Source: an uncultured Planctomycetota bacterium (lineage in GTDB: Bacteria > Planctomycetota > Phycisphaerae > Tepidisphaerales > Tepidisphaeraceae). Taken from it: a DNA stretch of 64,000 nucleotides. The first letter of the stretch is position 1; the number at the start of each line of letters is the position of its first letter. The position numbers were made by a program, and so were the translations under genes. The DNA is taken from positions 480,001 through 544,000 of the forward strand of contig CAWJEN010000005.1 in assembly GCA_963841915.1 (NCBI GenBank). Reading direction: 5' to 3'. This document shows positions 9,631-18,759 of this stretch, piece by piece. The notes under the pieces are model-generated. The model did not search any database. It was not told the DNA's origin and saw only the letters and a program-made list of their open reading frames with translations.

Positions 9631-10686
9631 GTGATCGCGAAGGAACGCAACGCATCCGAGCATCCGGCGTCGACCGCACCGACCCTCGTCGCGGGAGAAG
9701 CGGCGGAGAAGCAACTCGCCTTCTACCTGAGCCGAGCCTTTGCCGACGCCGAGGGCGTTGCCATCTTCAATGACCTTCGCATCGTCGACGTCAACAAAGA
9801 GGTCGCGCAGATCGACCATCTCGTGATGCACCCGTGCGGCTTCGTCCTCGTCGAGAGCAAAAGCATCACCGGCAAGGTCCGCATCAACCAGCAGAAGGAG
9901 TGGGTCCGTGTCTCGACACGCGGCGAAGAGGGAATGCCCGACGCCGTCGAGCAGGCCCGGCGGCAGCGCGACGTCCTCCGCCGCTTCCTGACGCGTCAGG
10001 CGTCCGACCTCCTGCAACGCCCCACCACGACCTACGCCACTCTCGGCTACGACGTGCTCGCCGCGATCAGCGACGCCGGCGTCATCGAGCGAGCGCTCGC
10101 GATGCCGAAAGTGGTCAAAGCCGATCAGGTCCCTGCAAGGCTGAAGGACATCATCACGCAACGCCGAGCCCTCGCCGACGAAGCCAGAGCCAAGCTCGGC
10201 AACGGCCAAGACGGTGGCGCTGGTACGGGCGGCGTTCTGACGCGAGACGAGTTCGCCCAGATGGTCACGTTCATCTCCCGGTCCCACCGCCCTCGCCGAC
10301 CCGGAGTCGCGTCGCGTGCCGCCCGGCCTCGCCCGTCGGTCCGAACGCACCTCGCCGCGCCGGCCAAGCCTCAGGCTTCGCCGGTCGCGAAGGCGAGTCG
10401 CATGCCGCGGACGCCACCCGCGACGCGAACGTCCGCCCCCGCAACGGCAGGGGAGCGTCGCTGTCCGCAATGCGCCGACACGTCGATGGAGATGCGGTGG
10501 GGCACACGGCCGAAGGGGTACTACTTCCACTGCCTCGGCTGCGAGAAGAACTTCCGCCCCGAGCGACGCGACCAGACCTGTCCCGCCTGCCGCCGCCCGG
10601 ACGTGCCGCTGCGCAAGAGCAAGGACGTCATGCTGCTCGACTGCCCCGACTGTGGCCACGCGGGGGTGTTCCACCGCAATCCGTGA
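9631..10686 (+). CDS. NERD-domain protein with two C-terminal Zn ribbons
   Basis: AGEAAE, AQIDHLV, VESKS, VEQARRQ; four CxxC pairs (CPQC, CLGC, CPAC, CPDC) after a Pro/Ala/Arg-rich linker. Confidence 0.85.
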   Translation: MIAKERNASEHPASTAPTLVAGEAAEKQLAFYLSRAFADAEGVAIFNDLRIVDVNKEVAQIDHLVMHPCGFVLVESKSITGKVRINQQKEWVRVSTRGEEGMPDAVEQARRQRDVLRRFLTRQASDLLQRPTTTYATLGYDVLAAISDAGVIERALAMPKVVKADQVPARLKDIITQRRALADEARAKLGNGQDGGAGTGGVLTRDEFAQMVTFISRSHRPRRPGVASRAARPRPSVRTHLAAPAKPQASPVAKASRMPRTPPATRTSAPATAGERRCPQCADTSMEMRWGTRPKGYYFHCLGCEKNFRPERRDQTCPACRRPDVPLRKSKDVMLLDCPDCGHAGVFHRNP

Positions 10687-10784
10687 CGCCGCGTGCCACC
10701 GAAAGACAGGGGCATCGTGCCGCGATCGCGCGAAGTAGGAAATGAGCAGAAACAAGCGACGAAGTCCCCGGTTCTTCGTTTGCC

Positions 10785-11100
10785 ATGCCCGCCGCGGCGG
10801 ACGAGGACGCCGGCGGCAACCGCTCGGCCAGCACGTTCGGGCGGGCGACGAAGCTGCTCGCCATGCTCTCCGGCCGCGACGACTACACGGGGTGGGGGGC
10901 CGGGCGAGAAGTTCGAGAACGTCACGATGATGCTCTTCCAACCAATCACAAGCGATGGGACGACACTGTTGGCCAGGCTGATCGACGCCACCACCGAGCG
11001 GGAGGTGACGGAGGCGGCGTACCTCGAGACGCGGCTCAAGCTCTACAACGACCGGAACCCGCACGCGACGCTGAGCATGTCGGTTGACGCCGGTACATGA
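10785..11100 (+). pseudogene. Small hypothetical gene apparently frameshifted in a G6 run
   Basis: MPAAADEDAGG...RDDYTGWG joins PGEKFENVTMMLFQP...VDAGT if one G is removed from the run at 10894-10899. Confidence 0.4.
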
Positions 11101-11152
11101 GCGAGAGACTAGCGATGCCCCCGTTTCTTCCCCCTTACACGTTTCCGCTTCG

Positions 11153-11656
11153 TTATTCGATGTACGTTAATCCGATGCAATCAATTTCGCCGCCCTCGCG
11201 GCCGTGGAAGCCAACGACTTCTTTCCCATTGGTCATCAATTCGAATGCATTTCCTCCGTTCCCGCCGTAGCTAATGCTCGCGTCACCGTTGTTGAGGTGA
11301 AACTTAAGTTGATCAACCCTACCACCGGTGCGTCCCGAGATGCCGACTAGGAAGGTACCGGTCGGGATGTCGAAATACTCAAGCCACATTCCACCTCCAT
11401 TCTCATCGTCGTTCCAGCCGGTGTGATGCTTATCACCGTTCTTATCGACATAGTAGATACGTAGGCCATCTATTCGCTTGTCGCCGATCGGCTGCACGCC
11501 GGTGATCCGACCGCCCTCAGGAATGACCCATCGAAACTCGTCGCCGCCGCCTCCGCCAACGCAGGCTGTTGAGGCGACATTGCGTTGAACAAGTCCCACC
11601 GTAAGCAAGAGGAAAGGCGTGAGAACGGCAGCAAAAATCAAGCGTGGAAAGATCAT
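11153..11656 (-). CDS. Secreted jacalin-like (beta-prism) lectin
   Basis: Signal-like N-terminus; GGGGGDEF, GISGRTGGRVDQLKF, YGGNGGNAF, VGFHGREGGEIDCIG repeats. Confidence 0.85.
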   Translation of the reverse strand: MIFPRLIFAAVLTPFLLLTVGLVQRNVASTACVGGGGGDEFRWVIPEGGRITGVQPIGDKRIDGLRIYYVDKNGDKHHTGWNDDENGGGMWLEYFDIPTGTFLVGISGRTGGRVDQLKFHLNNGDASISYGGNGGNAFELMTNGKEVVGFHGREGGEIDCIGLTYIE

Positions 11657-11694
11657 CTGATTTAGGGTGTTGAGCTCGAAGGATGTCTGAAGAG

Positions 11695-12312
11695 TTAGTA
11701 GTTATTCCGCGTTTGCCTCGGCGAACGGTCTTCCAGACTTATGCACGGAGAGGCATCGCGAACGCGGCTCAGATTCGGAATGTGACGCCGGCGGAGGAGC
11801 GTGACGAGGAGTCCCGCCCCCAGCAGGCTGGCGGCGGCGGGCTCAGGGATGACCTCGACGACGCCGTGTGTTGGGGCGTTGCCGCCGCTGTTCTGCACCA
11901 AGTTCCACGTTCCAGACGCAGAGCCGAATCCGCTACCAATAATATGTGTGTAATCCCCCGATGTGAAGAAGAAGCTGTTCGTGTAGGTTACGACTTCACC
12001 CGAACTCCACACGAATTGCCCCTCTACCTCGGCGTCGTTGTACCCAATCCAAAGATGATTCAGGCCGGGGACTATGCTCGAAAAAGTCTGGAACACAAAC
12101 TCGTCTTCGGGCGCGTCGTTGATCGTCACGAGGTGGCCGCCCAGACTCTGAGCGAAGGCTTCGCTGTTGGTCCAAGTGTCCTGCTCCAGGAGATAGTAGC
12201 TGTGGCCGTTGGTGGGATTGACAATCGGGCCGCTCAGGACGTCGGCGGAGGCAGTGCCGGCGACTGAGAGGGCGAGGCCGCCGAGGATGAGGTTGAAGCG
12301 ATTGAACTGCAT
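11695..12312 (-). CDS. C-type lectin domain PEP-CTERM protein
   Basis: Signal peptide; NGHSYYL..TW..SEAFAQSLGGHLVTIND, LWIGYND..EGQFVWSSGE; IPEP, transmembrane segment, RRR. Confidence 0.88.
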   Translation of the reverse strand: MQFNRFNLILGGLALSVAGTASADVLSGPIVNPTNGHSYYLLEQDTWTNSEAFAQSLGGHLVTINDAPEDEFVFQTFSSIVPGLNHLWIGYNDAEVEGQFVWSSGEVVTYTNSFFFTSGDYTHIIGSGFGSASGTWNLVQNSGGNAPTHGVVEVIPEPAAASLLGAGLLVTLLRRRHIPNLSRVRDASPCISLEDRSPRQTRNNY

Positions 12313-12411
12313 GTGTCTCCCGTGGGTGGTTGGGCAGGCCGCTCGTTGCGACGCCGCTACGTGGTCTTGCGGGAGCCAATGTCGCCCTATGCCAAAAAAT
12401 ATCGGTTCCTC

Positions 12412-14820
12412 TCATTCAAACACGTGGGTGCGATGAAACCGCTGAGTCTGAGGCGCGTCTAGGCCGTACGAACGTGCGACAGCGGCTGATGCGGCGATGT
12501 GCCATCGGCTGTGTTCGTCTTCTGCGGTAGCGAGGTGGCGGGACCATCGGACGAGCCAGGCGACGGACGGTCGATCGAGCGTCAGAATCTGCTCTGCCCA
12601 TGCTGCGTTTTCGGCCAGAACGGATTCGGCTTCGGCGTCGCGGCCCAGCGTGTGCAGGGCCTCGACCAGCATCAGGTCCGCATCCAGCCGGGTCGGCAGC
12701 CAGTTCGGTTCGGCCGGCTGGCGTCGACGAAGGTCCTGCAGGATGTTTGCCGCCTCCTCGACGTCGCTAGGAGCACCACGAAGCAACAACAATTGCGCGA
12801 GGTTTTGTCGGCCGAACCATGTCGCATTGTGGTTCTCGCCATACGTGCCAGTCCGGCGGGCGACATTTTCTCGGTGCAGCCGGATGGCTTCATCAAAATC
12901 GCCCGTTTGCGCCTCCATTTCCGCGACGTTCATCACCCAACTCAACGTGCCTGCATGATCAGGGCCGACGTGCAATTCGGCGAGCTTCAGCGTCCGGCGT
13001 GCAACCGGTAGTGCAGCCTCCCAAGCTCCCGTGCGTGCTTTGACAATGGCCAGCGCCCCCAGCGACCAGATAAATTGCGGATGGGACTCAGGCCTCACGA
13101 GTGTGACGTCGTTATAAAGTGCTTCCAAACCCTCCGCGGCTTCGGCGGTCTGGCCGGTCTCACTTAACATGAGATAAAGGCGTCGGCGTGCGTCGAAGGT
13201 CGTCTCGTGCACCGCGCCGAGTTGGTTTGTCGACCGGCGAACAACGTCTCGAAGGATCGGCTCCGCTTCGTCGTTCTGCCATGTCGCCAAAAGGAAGCGG
13301 CAGAGCGCCAGTTGGGCTTCGAGGGTCCGGGCATCGTCCGGACCGACGTATCGTGTGAGAAGCTCGACGGCCCGGCGCAGGTGCGGTTCGGCTTCGGCGG
13401 GTCGGTCGAGTTCGAGGAGGGTTCGTCCGATCACGCGACGTAGCCGGGCCTCGATCAGCGGCCGGTCCGCGAACTCGGCTGCGACACGCTCGTCCGCAGC
13501 GGCAAGTACCTCGGCGACGGTCAAGTCGTGTGTCCCCCCGCCAAATGGATCGGCGGCGGATAGCAGGTCTTCAAGAAACGTGTTCACGGCTTCGGCCGTC
13601 TCGGCAGCTGCCCGAGCGCGGTCCCGTTCGCGGACCACACGCCATGACGCCGCAGCCGCGACGGTGACGATCAGCAGGGCAACGGTGGCGATGACGGCCA
13701 CGCGCCCCCGATGTCGGCCGATCCACTTCCGGGCGACGTATCCGAGAGACGCCGGCCTCGCCTGCACCGGCCGGCCATTCAGCCAGCGGTCGAGGTCGTC
13801 AATCAATGCCGATGTTGTCGCATACCTGCGGTTCGGCTCGCGTTCGAGCGCCTTGGCGACGACGGCATCAAGGTCGCGGTCGATCCTGCGATCGACATGC
13901 CGCAGAAGCCGGGCGTCGTTCGAGGCGATTCGCTGGCGCACCTGCCATTCCGTGCCGTCAAGGTTGTGCGGGTGCGCGTTCGGTACAAGCAGGCCGAACA
14001 GCACGACGCCCAGCGAATAGATGTCGCTCCGCACGTCGCCTGATTCGTCGCGGCACTGCTCCGGGCTGGCAAAGGCGACTGTGCCTCGAACCGGCGCATC
14101 AAGGCTGAGGGACGACGTCGTCTCATTCGCCTGTTTCGCCAAGCCGAAGTCGACGATGACGGGTCGCCCGTTCCGGCCGACGAGGATGTTCGTCGGCTTC
14201 AGGTCGCGATGGATCAAGCCCTTGGCGTGAGCGTGTTCGACCCCGCGACAGGCTTGTATGAAGAGCGCAACCGTCTCCTGCGAAGATGAAGACCGGCTGG
14301 ACCCTGCACCACGCTCGTCTCTGCTCAAGGGTTCGCCGTCGATAAAAGCCATTGCCAGGAAAGGCACGCCGTCGACGTCGCCTGCGTCGAACACGGTGGC
14401 CGTGTTCGGGTGGTCGAGCTGGCTGGCTAACTCCGCTTCGCGGGCGAAGCGTCGGCGGGCGTGGTCGGAAGCGTGCCGCAGGCCGACGAGCAGCTTCAAG
14501 GCCACGCGCTTGCTCGTGACGCTGTGGATCGCCTCATAAACGACGCCGTTGGCACCTTCGCCTACACGACGGACGATGCGGTACAGCCCGACCGACGCAG
14601 GCGTCTTCTCCATCGCCTCGGCATCGTCCAGGACGTCGAGCGCCGCTGAGACCTGCCTCAGTCGGTCCATGCGACGCCGAAGGGGTTCGACGAGTTCCGG
14701 GCGGTCCTGAAAAACGTCCTCTGGCGGGTCGCGGCTGTCGGCGAGGTGCCACCGCGTCAGGCGGCGGAGCACTTCCGAGTCGTCACCGGGCGAAAGGACG
14801 CGACCGACAAGGCTACTCAT
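12412..14820 (-). CDS. Hanks-type Ser/Thr protein kinase with transmembrane helix and TPR region
   Basis: GEGANGVVY, VALK, HRDLKPTN, DFGLAK, SPEQ, SDIYSLG; one transmembrane segment; TPR-like helical repeats; AGGAGG RBS. Confidence 0.93.
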   Translation of the reverse strand: MSSLVGRVLSPGDDSEVLRRLTRWHLADSRDPPEDVFQDRPELVEPLRRRMDRLRQVSAALDVLDDAEAMEKTPASVGLYRIVRRVGEGANGVVYEAIHSVTSKRVALKLLVGLRHASDHARRRFAREAELASQLDHPNTATVFDAGDVDGVPFLAMAFIDGEPLSRDERGAGSSRSSSSQETVALFIQACRGVEHAHAKGLIHRDLKPTNILVGRNGRPVIVDFGLAKQANETTSSLSLDAPVRGTVAFASPEQCRDESGDVRSDIYSLGVVLFGLLVPNAHPHNLDGTEWQVRQRIASNDARLLRHVDRRIDRDLDAVVAKALEREPNRRYATTSALIDDLDRWLNGRPVQARPASLGYVARKWIGRHRGRVAVIATVALLIVTVAAAASWRVVRERDRARAAAETAEAVNTFLEDLLSAADPFGGGTHDLTVAEVLAAADERVAAEFADRPLIEARLRRVIGRTLLELDRPAEAEPHLRRAVELLTRYVGPDDARTLEAQLALCRFLLATWQNDEAEPILRDVVRRSTNQLGAVHETTFDARRRLYLMLSETGQTAEAAEGLEALYNDVTLVRPESHPQFIWSLGALAIVKARTGAWEAALPVARRTLKLAELHVGPDHAGTLSWVMNVAEMEAQTGDFDEAIRLHRENVARRTGTYGENHNATWFGRQNLAQLLLLRGAPSDVEEAANILQDLRRRQPAEPNWLPTRLDADLMLVEALHTLGRDAEAESVLAENAAWAEQILTLDRPSVAWLVRWSRHLATAEDEHSRWHIAASAAVARSYGLDAPQTQRFHRTHVFE

Positions 14821-14865
14821 GCTTCCTCCTTTCTCCAATCGACCGACAGCCGCCTCCGGCGTAGG

Positions 14866-15690
14866 TCATGCGGGTTTGCGTGCCAGCACTGTAAAGAGCA
14901 CCGAGTACGTCAGTGTCGCGTCGTCCCTCAGATAGTCCATAAATCGCGCACACAGCCGCTCGGACTCTTTGTCGCCAATGACGGCGGCGACGGCCGGCTG
15001 CGCGATCGCCAGTTTCGCCTGCCACAGCCGATCGTTGATCTCGTCAATGCGGCCTGCGTAGAGGTGGTACGGGGCAACCTCGACCCGCTCGACCTCCAGC
15101 CCCGCGGCCAGCGCGAGCCCGCGGAGCTTGCGACCGACGAACGGATCGAATCCGCCTCGGGCAAGGGCCGGCATAACACGGCTCAGGGTCGCTTCGAGCT
15201 CCGGGTCTGGCGGATCGTGCCAGAGCAATTGCCCGTCCAGGTCCTGCAACAGCAGGCGACCGCCCGGCCTCAGAACCCGGACCATCTCGGCCAGAGCTCG
15301 CGGCTTGTCGGGCAGGTACTCAAGCAAGAACCGGCACCACGCCAGGCCGAACGTGCCGTCTTCGAAAGGAAGGTCTTCGGCTTTACCGAAGCGCAGGGTG
15401 AGGTTTGCGGGCAATCGGCCCGATCCCATCATGCCGGCCGAACTGCTCGCGAAGCGGTCCGCGTGAAGGTCGACGCCCGTGACCTGACGGTCATCGTTCA
15501 AACGGCGTGCCGCCTCGGCCGCCAGAACACCGGGGCCGCACCCCACGTCAAGAACGTCGCCCGCGGTGTGGTCGAGGAGCTGCGCCACGTGCTGGTCGAC
15601 CCAGTCGGCCGCGTCGACCTTCTCGGCCAGACGGGCCGCCTCGCGCGGGTCGTGCATCAAGTATGTCGAGCTGTTCTTCGCGTTGTTCAT
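14866..15690 (-). CDS. Class I SAM-dependent methyltransferase
   Basis: VLDVGCGPG, GVD, LPFEDGTFG, LAEMVRVLRPGG. Confidence 0.9.
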   Translation of the reverse strand: MNNAKNSSTYLMHDPREAARLAEKVDAADWVDQHVAQLLDHTAGDVLDVGCGPGVLAAEAARRLNDDRQVTGVDLHADRFASSSAGMMGSGRLPANLTLRFGKAEDLPFEDGTFGLAWCRFLLEYLPDKPRALAEMVRVLRPGGRLLLQDLDGQLLWHDPPDPELEATLSRVMPALARGGFDPFVGRKLRGLALAAGLEVERVEVAPYHLYAGRIDEINDRLWQAKLAIAQPAVAAVIGDKESERLCARFMDYLRDDATLTYSVLFTVLARKPA

Positions 15691-16799
15691 GGTGCAGTCG
15701 CCGCGAGATCGGCGGGTTCGACGGCCTTGCGGCCGGCCAGTCCACGTCGTCGACCGGCTTTGCGGATGCGGTCGTAGAAACCCTCGACGTGTCGGTACCA
15801 ACCGATGAATCCGTCACGCAGCCAGATACTCTGGGCATACTCACGGACGACCTCGACTCCGCCCGCCTGTGCGAGAAGTGCGGCCGTACGCGCGTCCGTG
15901 ACGGCGGGGAAAGCCCCCGGCTCGAACGACGCGTAGACGGGCGCGGCTTCCCGCAGCAACGCCAGCGCAACAGCCCGCCGGGCGGCGTCGTCCAGGTCCG
16001 GGGCGACGAGCACATCGCACCGATTTTCCAAGAACGAGAAGTTAAGCCCGAGCGGCCCGCGGTACGCCAGGGCAACACCGAGGGGTCGACCGTCACTACG
16101 TCGGCGGGCCAGGATGGGGGTTCGCGTCCGGCTCAGGCCGACACTTTGGTAGAGGGCGTCGACGGCTTCGAGCCGCAGGTCTTGTTTCAACTCCTCGGCC
16201 TGCACGAAGACAGAGCCGCGCGTCTTCTCGGCGACGCCCGCCACCGCATCGGCATCATCCGTCGCCTCGACGACGATTTTCCCTGACTCGTCCTTCGATA
16301 TGGACCCGGCGTCGATCGAAAGGAGGGTGTGGACGGCACAACTGGCGACGTCCGGGCCCAGCTTCTGGGCCATCGAGCCGAAGACCTTCATCGGGAATCG
16401 GTTCGTCGGGCGGAACCAATTCTGCTCGGCCGCAACTTCCGCGCGACGGATTTTGACGGCTTGCCCCGAGAGTTGAACCGCCGCCGAACCGCCGACCTCA
16501 CCCGTCGACACGAGATGCTGAGACAACCAACCTTGCCCGCTACTTCTCCATGATGTCACGGTCCCCCAGGACGACGCGTCGCTGAAGACGCTCGTCCACA
16601 TGAGGTCTTCTCCTGCGCATCGCGCCGTCTCCCAATTCTTCTTGATGATCGGCAGAAACGGCTTCAACCGTGCGAGCTTCGCCGGGTACAGAAATCCGGC
16701 CGTCGCGTAGCGGTCAAAGAGCTCATCGACCTCGATCGCATTGACGCGACAGCCGTACGCCTCGTAACTGTCGAGGATGTCGTCGGGAATACCGTCCAT
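15687..16799 (-). CDS. Hypothetical 370-aa protein, possibly tandem GNAT/acyltransferase-like fold
   Basis: Strong RBS; ATGA overlap with the methyltransferase; fold guess is by-eye inference only. Confidence 0.6.
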   Translation of the reverse strand: MDGIPDDILDSYEAYGCRVNAIEVDELFDRYATAGFLYPAKLARLKPFLPIIKKNWETARCAGEDLMWTSVFSDASSWGTVTSWRSSGQGWLSQHLVSTGEVGGSAAVQLSGQAVKIRRAEVAAEQNWFRPTNRFPMKVFGSMAQKLGPDVASCAVHTLLSIDAGSISKDESGKIVVEATDDADAVAGVAEKTRGSVFVQAEELKQDLRLEAVDALYQSVGLSRTRTPILARRRSDGRPLGVALAYRGPLGLNFSFLENRCDVLVAPDLDDAARRAVALALLREAAPVYASFEPGAFPAVTDARTAALLAQAGGVEVVREYAQSIWLRDGFIGWYRHVEGFYDRIRKAGRRRGLAGRKAVEPADLAATAP

Positions 16800-16856
16800 T
16801 CCCCCACCTCTGCGGCAGCCGAGCCGTCGGACTGACACGAGCCATCAACTTTCTCC

Positions 16857-17465
16857 TCAGCAGAGGTCATTGGCCAGTCGGGCTTTGATTTCGCCCCACT
16901 GACGCCAGAAGTGGCGGGGCGAGATGCCCAGCAACGCAGCCGTTTCCGTCCCTGTCAGGCCGCTGTAAGAGTGAAGCTCGACGAGTTGCCGAAGCTCGTC
17001 CGGTAGTCGATCAACAGCTTCGTGGAGGGCCTCGACGTCGAGCCCTTCGGCTGGATCTCGCGTGCAGACCGCATCGACCGTGCGAGCGTCGTCACTCGGT
17101 GAATCGTGATGCCGATGTCGACCCTCCGGCCCGTACGAGGCTCGGTGCAGATCAACAAGAAGCCGCCGAAGCTGCAGGGCAAACAGGCGATAAAAGTGAA
17201 CCGGCGTCCGCGGAAACGACTGCTCCAACGCCGCCAGCAGGCGGACGATTCCCTCCTGCATCACGTCGTCGCTCCGCGACCACCGGCGGAGGCGGGGAAA
17301 GCGATTCAGGTGTGTTCGTGCCATCGTCCGCATCCGTTCGGCCGCGAGGTCGAACAGGCGTTCGCGTGCGGCCGAGTCGGCGTGTGCGTCGGCCAAGGCA
17401 CTCGTCAACGCGTCGGATGTCGCCGTCGTGCCTGAGATCGATACATCGTCGACGGCCGACCCCAT
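16857..17465 (-). CDS. ECF-type sigma-70 factor (planctomycete kinase-associated type)
   Basis: AARERLF, DDVMQE, FYRLFALQLRRLLVDLHR (region 2); LHEAVDRLPDELRQLVELHSYSGLT..ETAALLGIS (region 4). Confidence 0.9.
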   Translation of the reverse strand: MGSAVDDVSISGTTATSDALTSALADAHADSAARERLFDLAAERMRTMARTHLNRFPRLRRWSRSDDVMQEGIVRLLAALEQSFPRTPVHFYRLFALQLRRLLVDLHRASYGPEGRHRHHDSPSDDARTVDAVCTRDPAEGLDVEALHEAVDRLPDELRQLVELHSYSGLTGTETAALLGISPRHFWRQWGEIKARLANDLC

Positions 17466-17570
17466 AGCGGCCAGGATGATGCATTGTTGCGTCAGGCAAT
17501 GCAAGGTCTCTTACGGCGAAGGGGCGTCCCACTGGGGGCGGAAACGGGGACATCGTTCGTTTCCCGCTCC

Positions 17571-18389
17571 TCATGTCGAGGGGCTGCTCTGCTTGCCCTT
17601 GACCTCGGGCGTGTTACTCAGGGTGGCGACAGCGGCTTTGAGACGCTTGACAGCCGCGTGATCCATCGCGTGGCCGGGGCGTTCGAGCGTCTCGATCAGG
17701 GTTTGCTCGTTGCAGATCAAAGCGTTGCCGCACCAGAGGGGCGTGACGTTTGGCTCCAACGCGGCATGAGGAACACACAGGACGCCGCGGATGAAGGGCG
17801 GGGCCTTGCCGTCGGTCGCGTTGATGCGGTCGCGGAGGCGGAGGGCCTGCTTGACGGCGTCGGCGGCCCATGGGTCGGGCGTGGGACGGTTGTTCAGCGA
17901 CAGGGCGTTGCCGCCGACCGTGAGCAGGCCGAGGTGGCTTTTGATGCTCACGACGAAGCAGCCGCCCGGCCCGATCACGACGACGTCGGCGTCGCCGAGG
18001 TCGCCCAGCGGGACGTTGCACCAGATGTGCCAGCCGCCGGTGCCGTTCAGGCCCTTGGGTTCGGCGATGAGTTGCGTCTGGAGCACGTACGCGACGAGCG
18101 CTTCGGCGTGTGCCCCGCGGAGGCGGCGGATGCGTTCCTGTTGAGGCACTTCCCACCGGCGTTCGGCACGCTTCATCAACCATGCGATGAGCAGGGTGAC
18201 CGCCAGTACACCCACCATGGCCAGGATCCACGCCCAGAGCGAAGAGCCACGGCCGAAGCCGACGGCGAAGCCGGACAGGAAGATCACGAGCATGAGTGCG
18301 ACGAGGCCGACGATCAGCTCGCGTTCGAGCTGCTTCCAGGCAGTTGACTTCACCCACTGGCCCGCCTTCTTCGTGTGGAGCGTCGCCAT
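17571..18389 (-). CDS. Membrane-anchored NERD-domain protein
   Basis: Two N-terminal transmembrane helices; RGAHAEALV, GDADVVVIGPGGCFVVSIKS, KQA. Confidence 0.75.
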   Translation of the reverse strand: MATLHTKKAGQWVKSTAWKQLERELIVGLVALMLVIFLSGFAVGFGRGSSLWAWILAMVGVLAVTLLIAWLMKRAERRWEVPQQERIRRLRGAHAEALVAYVLQTQLIAEPKGLNGTGGWHIWCNVPLGDLGDADVVVIGPGGCFVVSIKSHLGLLTVGGNALSLNNRPTPDPWAADAVKQALRLRDRINATDGKAPPFIRGVLCVPHAALEPNVTPLWCGNALICNEQTLIETLERPGHAMDHAAVKRLKAAVATLSNTPEVKGKQSSPST

Positions 18390-18654
18390 GGTCTCTTGAC
18401 GGTAAGGGCATCGAATCGACGCGACTGAACGCGTGTGGCTCGGCGATAGCAGAACCAGTTCGACGATGACACGTCGGTCAAAGTCGGCGCTCGATGCGAC
18501 GAGGCGAACCTGTACGACAAAGTTGTTCGCTCGATACCTTTCAACGCCCCACAGCCAGACAGCGATCAAATCGCGCATTGATCGAAGGGGCAACAGTCGG
18601 CAGTTGACCCCGAACAGGCCCAAACTCAGGTCGATCCGCCGTAGAGCACCGCTT

Positions 18655-18759
18655 CACGGCCTCATGACGCGGCAGAACAGCCTCATTGCGCCGAAGAACA
18701 TCTCCGTTGCGTCGCGAAACGCCCTCGTTGCGCGGCGCTACAGCCTTGTTCCGTAGCTG
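18655..18759. repeat. Degenerate 21-bp tandem array, 5 units
   Basis: CACGGCCTCATGACGCGGCAG / AACAGCCTCATTGCGCCGAAG / AACATCTCCGTTGCGTCGCGA / AACGCCCTCGTTGCGCGGCGC / TACAGCCTTGTTCCGTAGCTG. Confidence 0.7.

Noticed and set aside
9523..11064. 513-aa minus-strand ORF
   Set aside because: Antisense to the NERD gene, Arg-rich and motif-free
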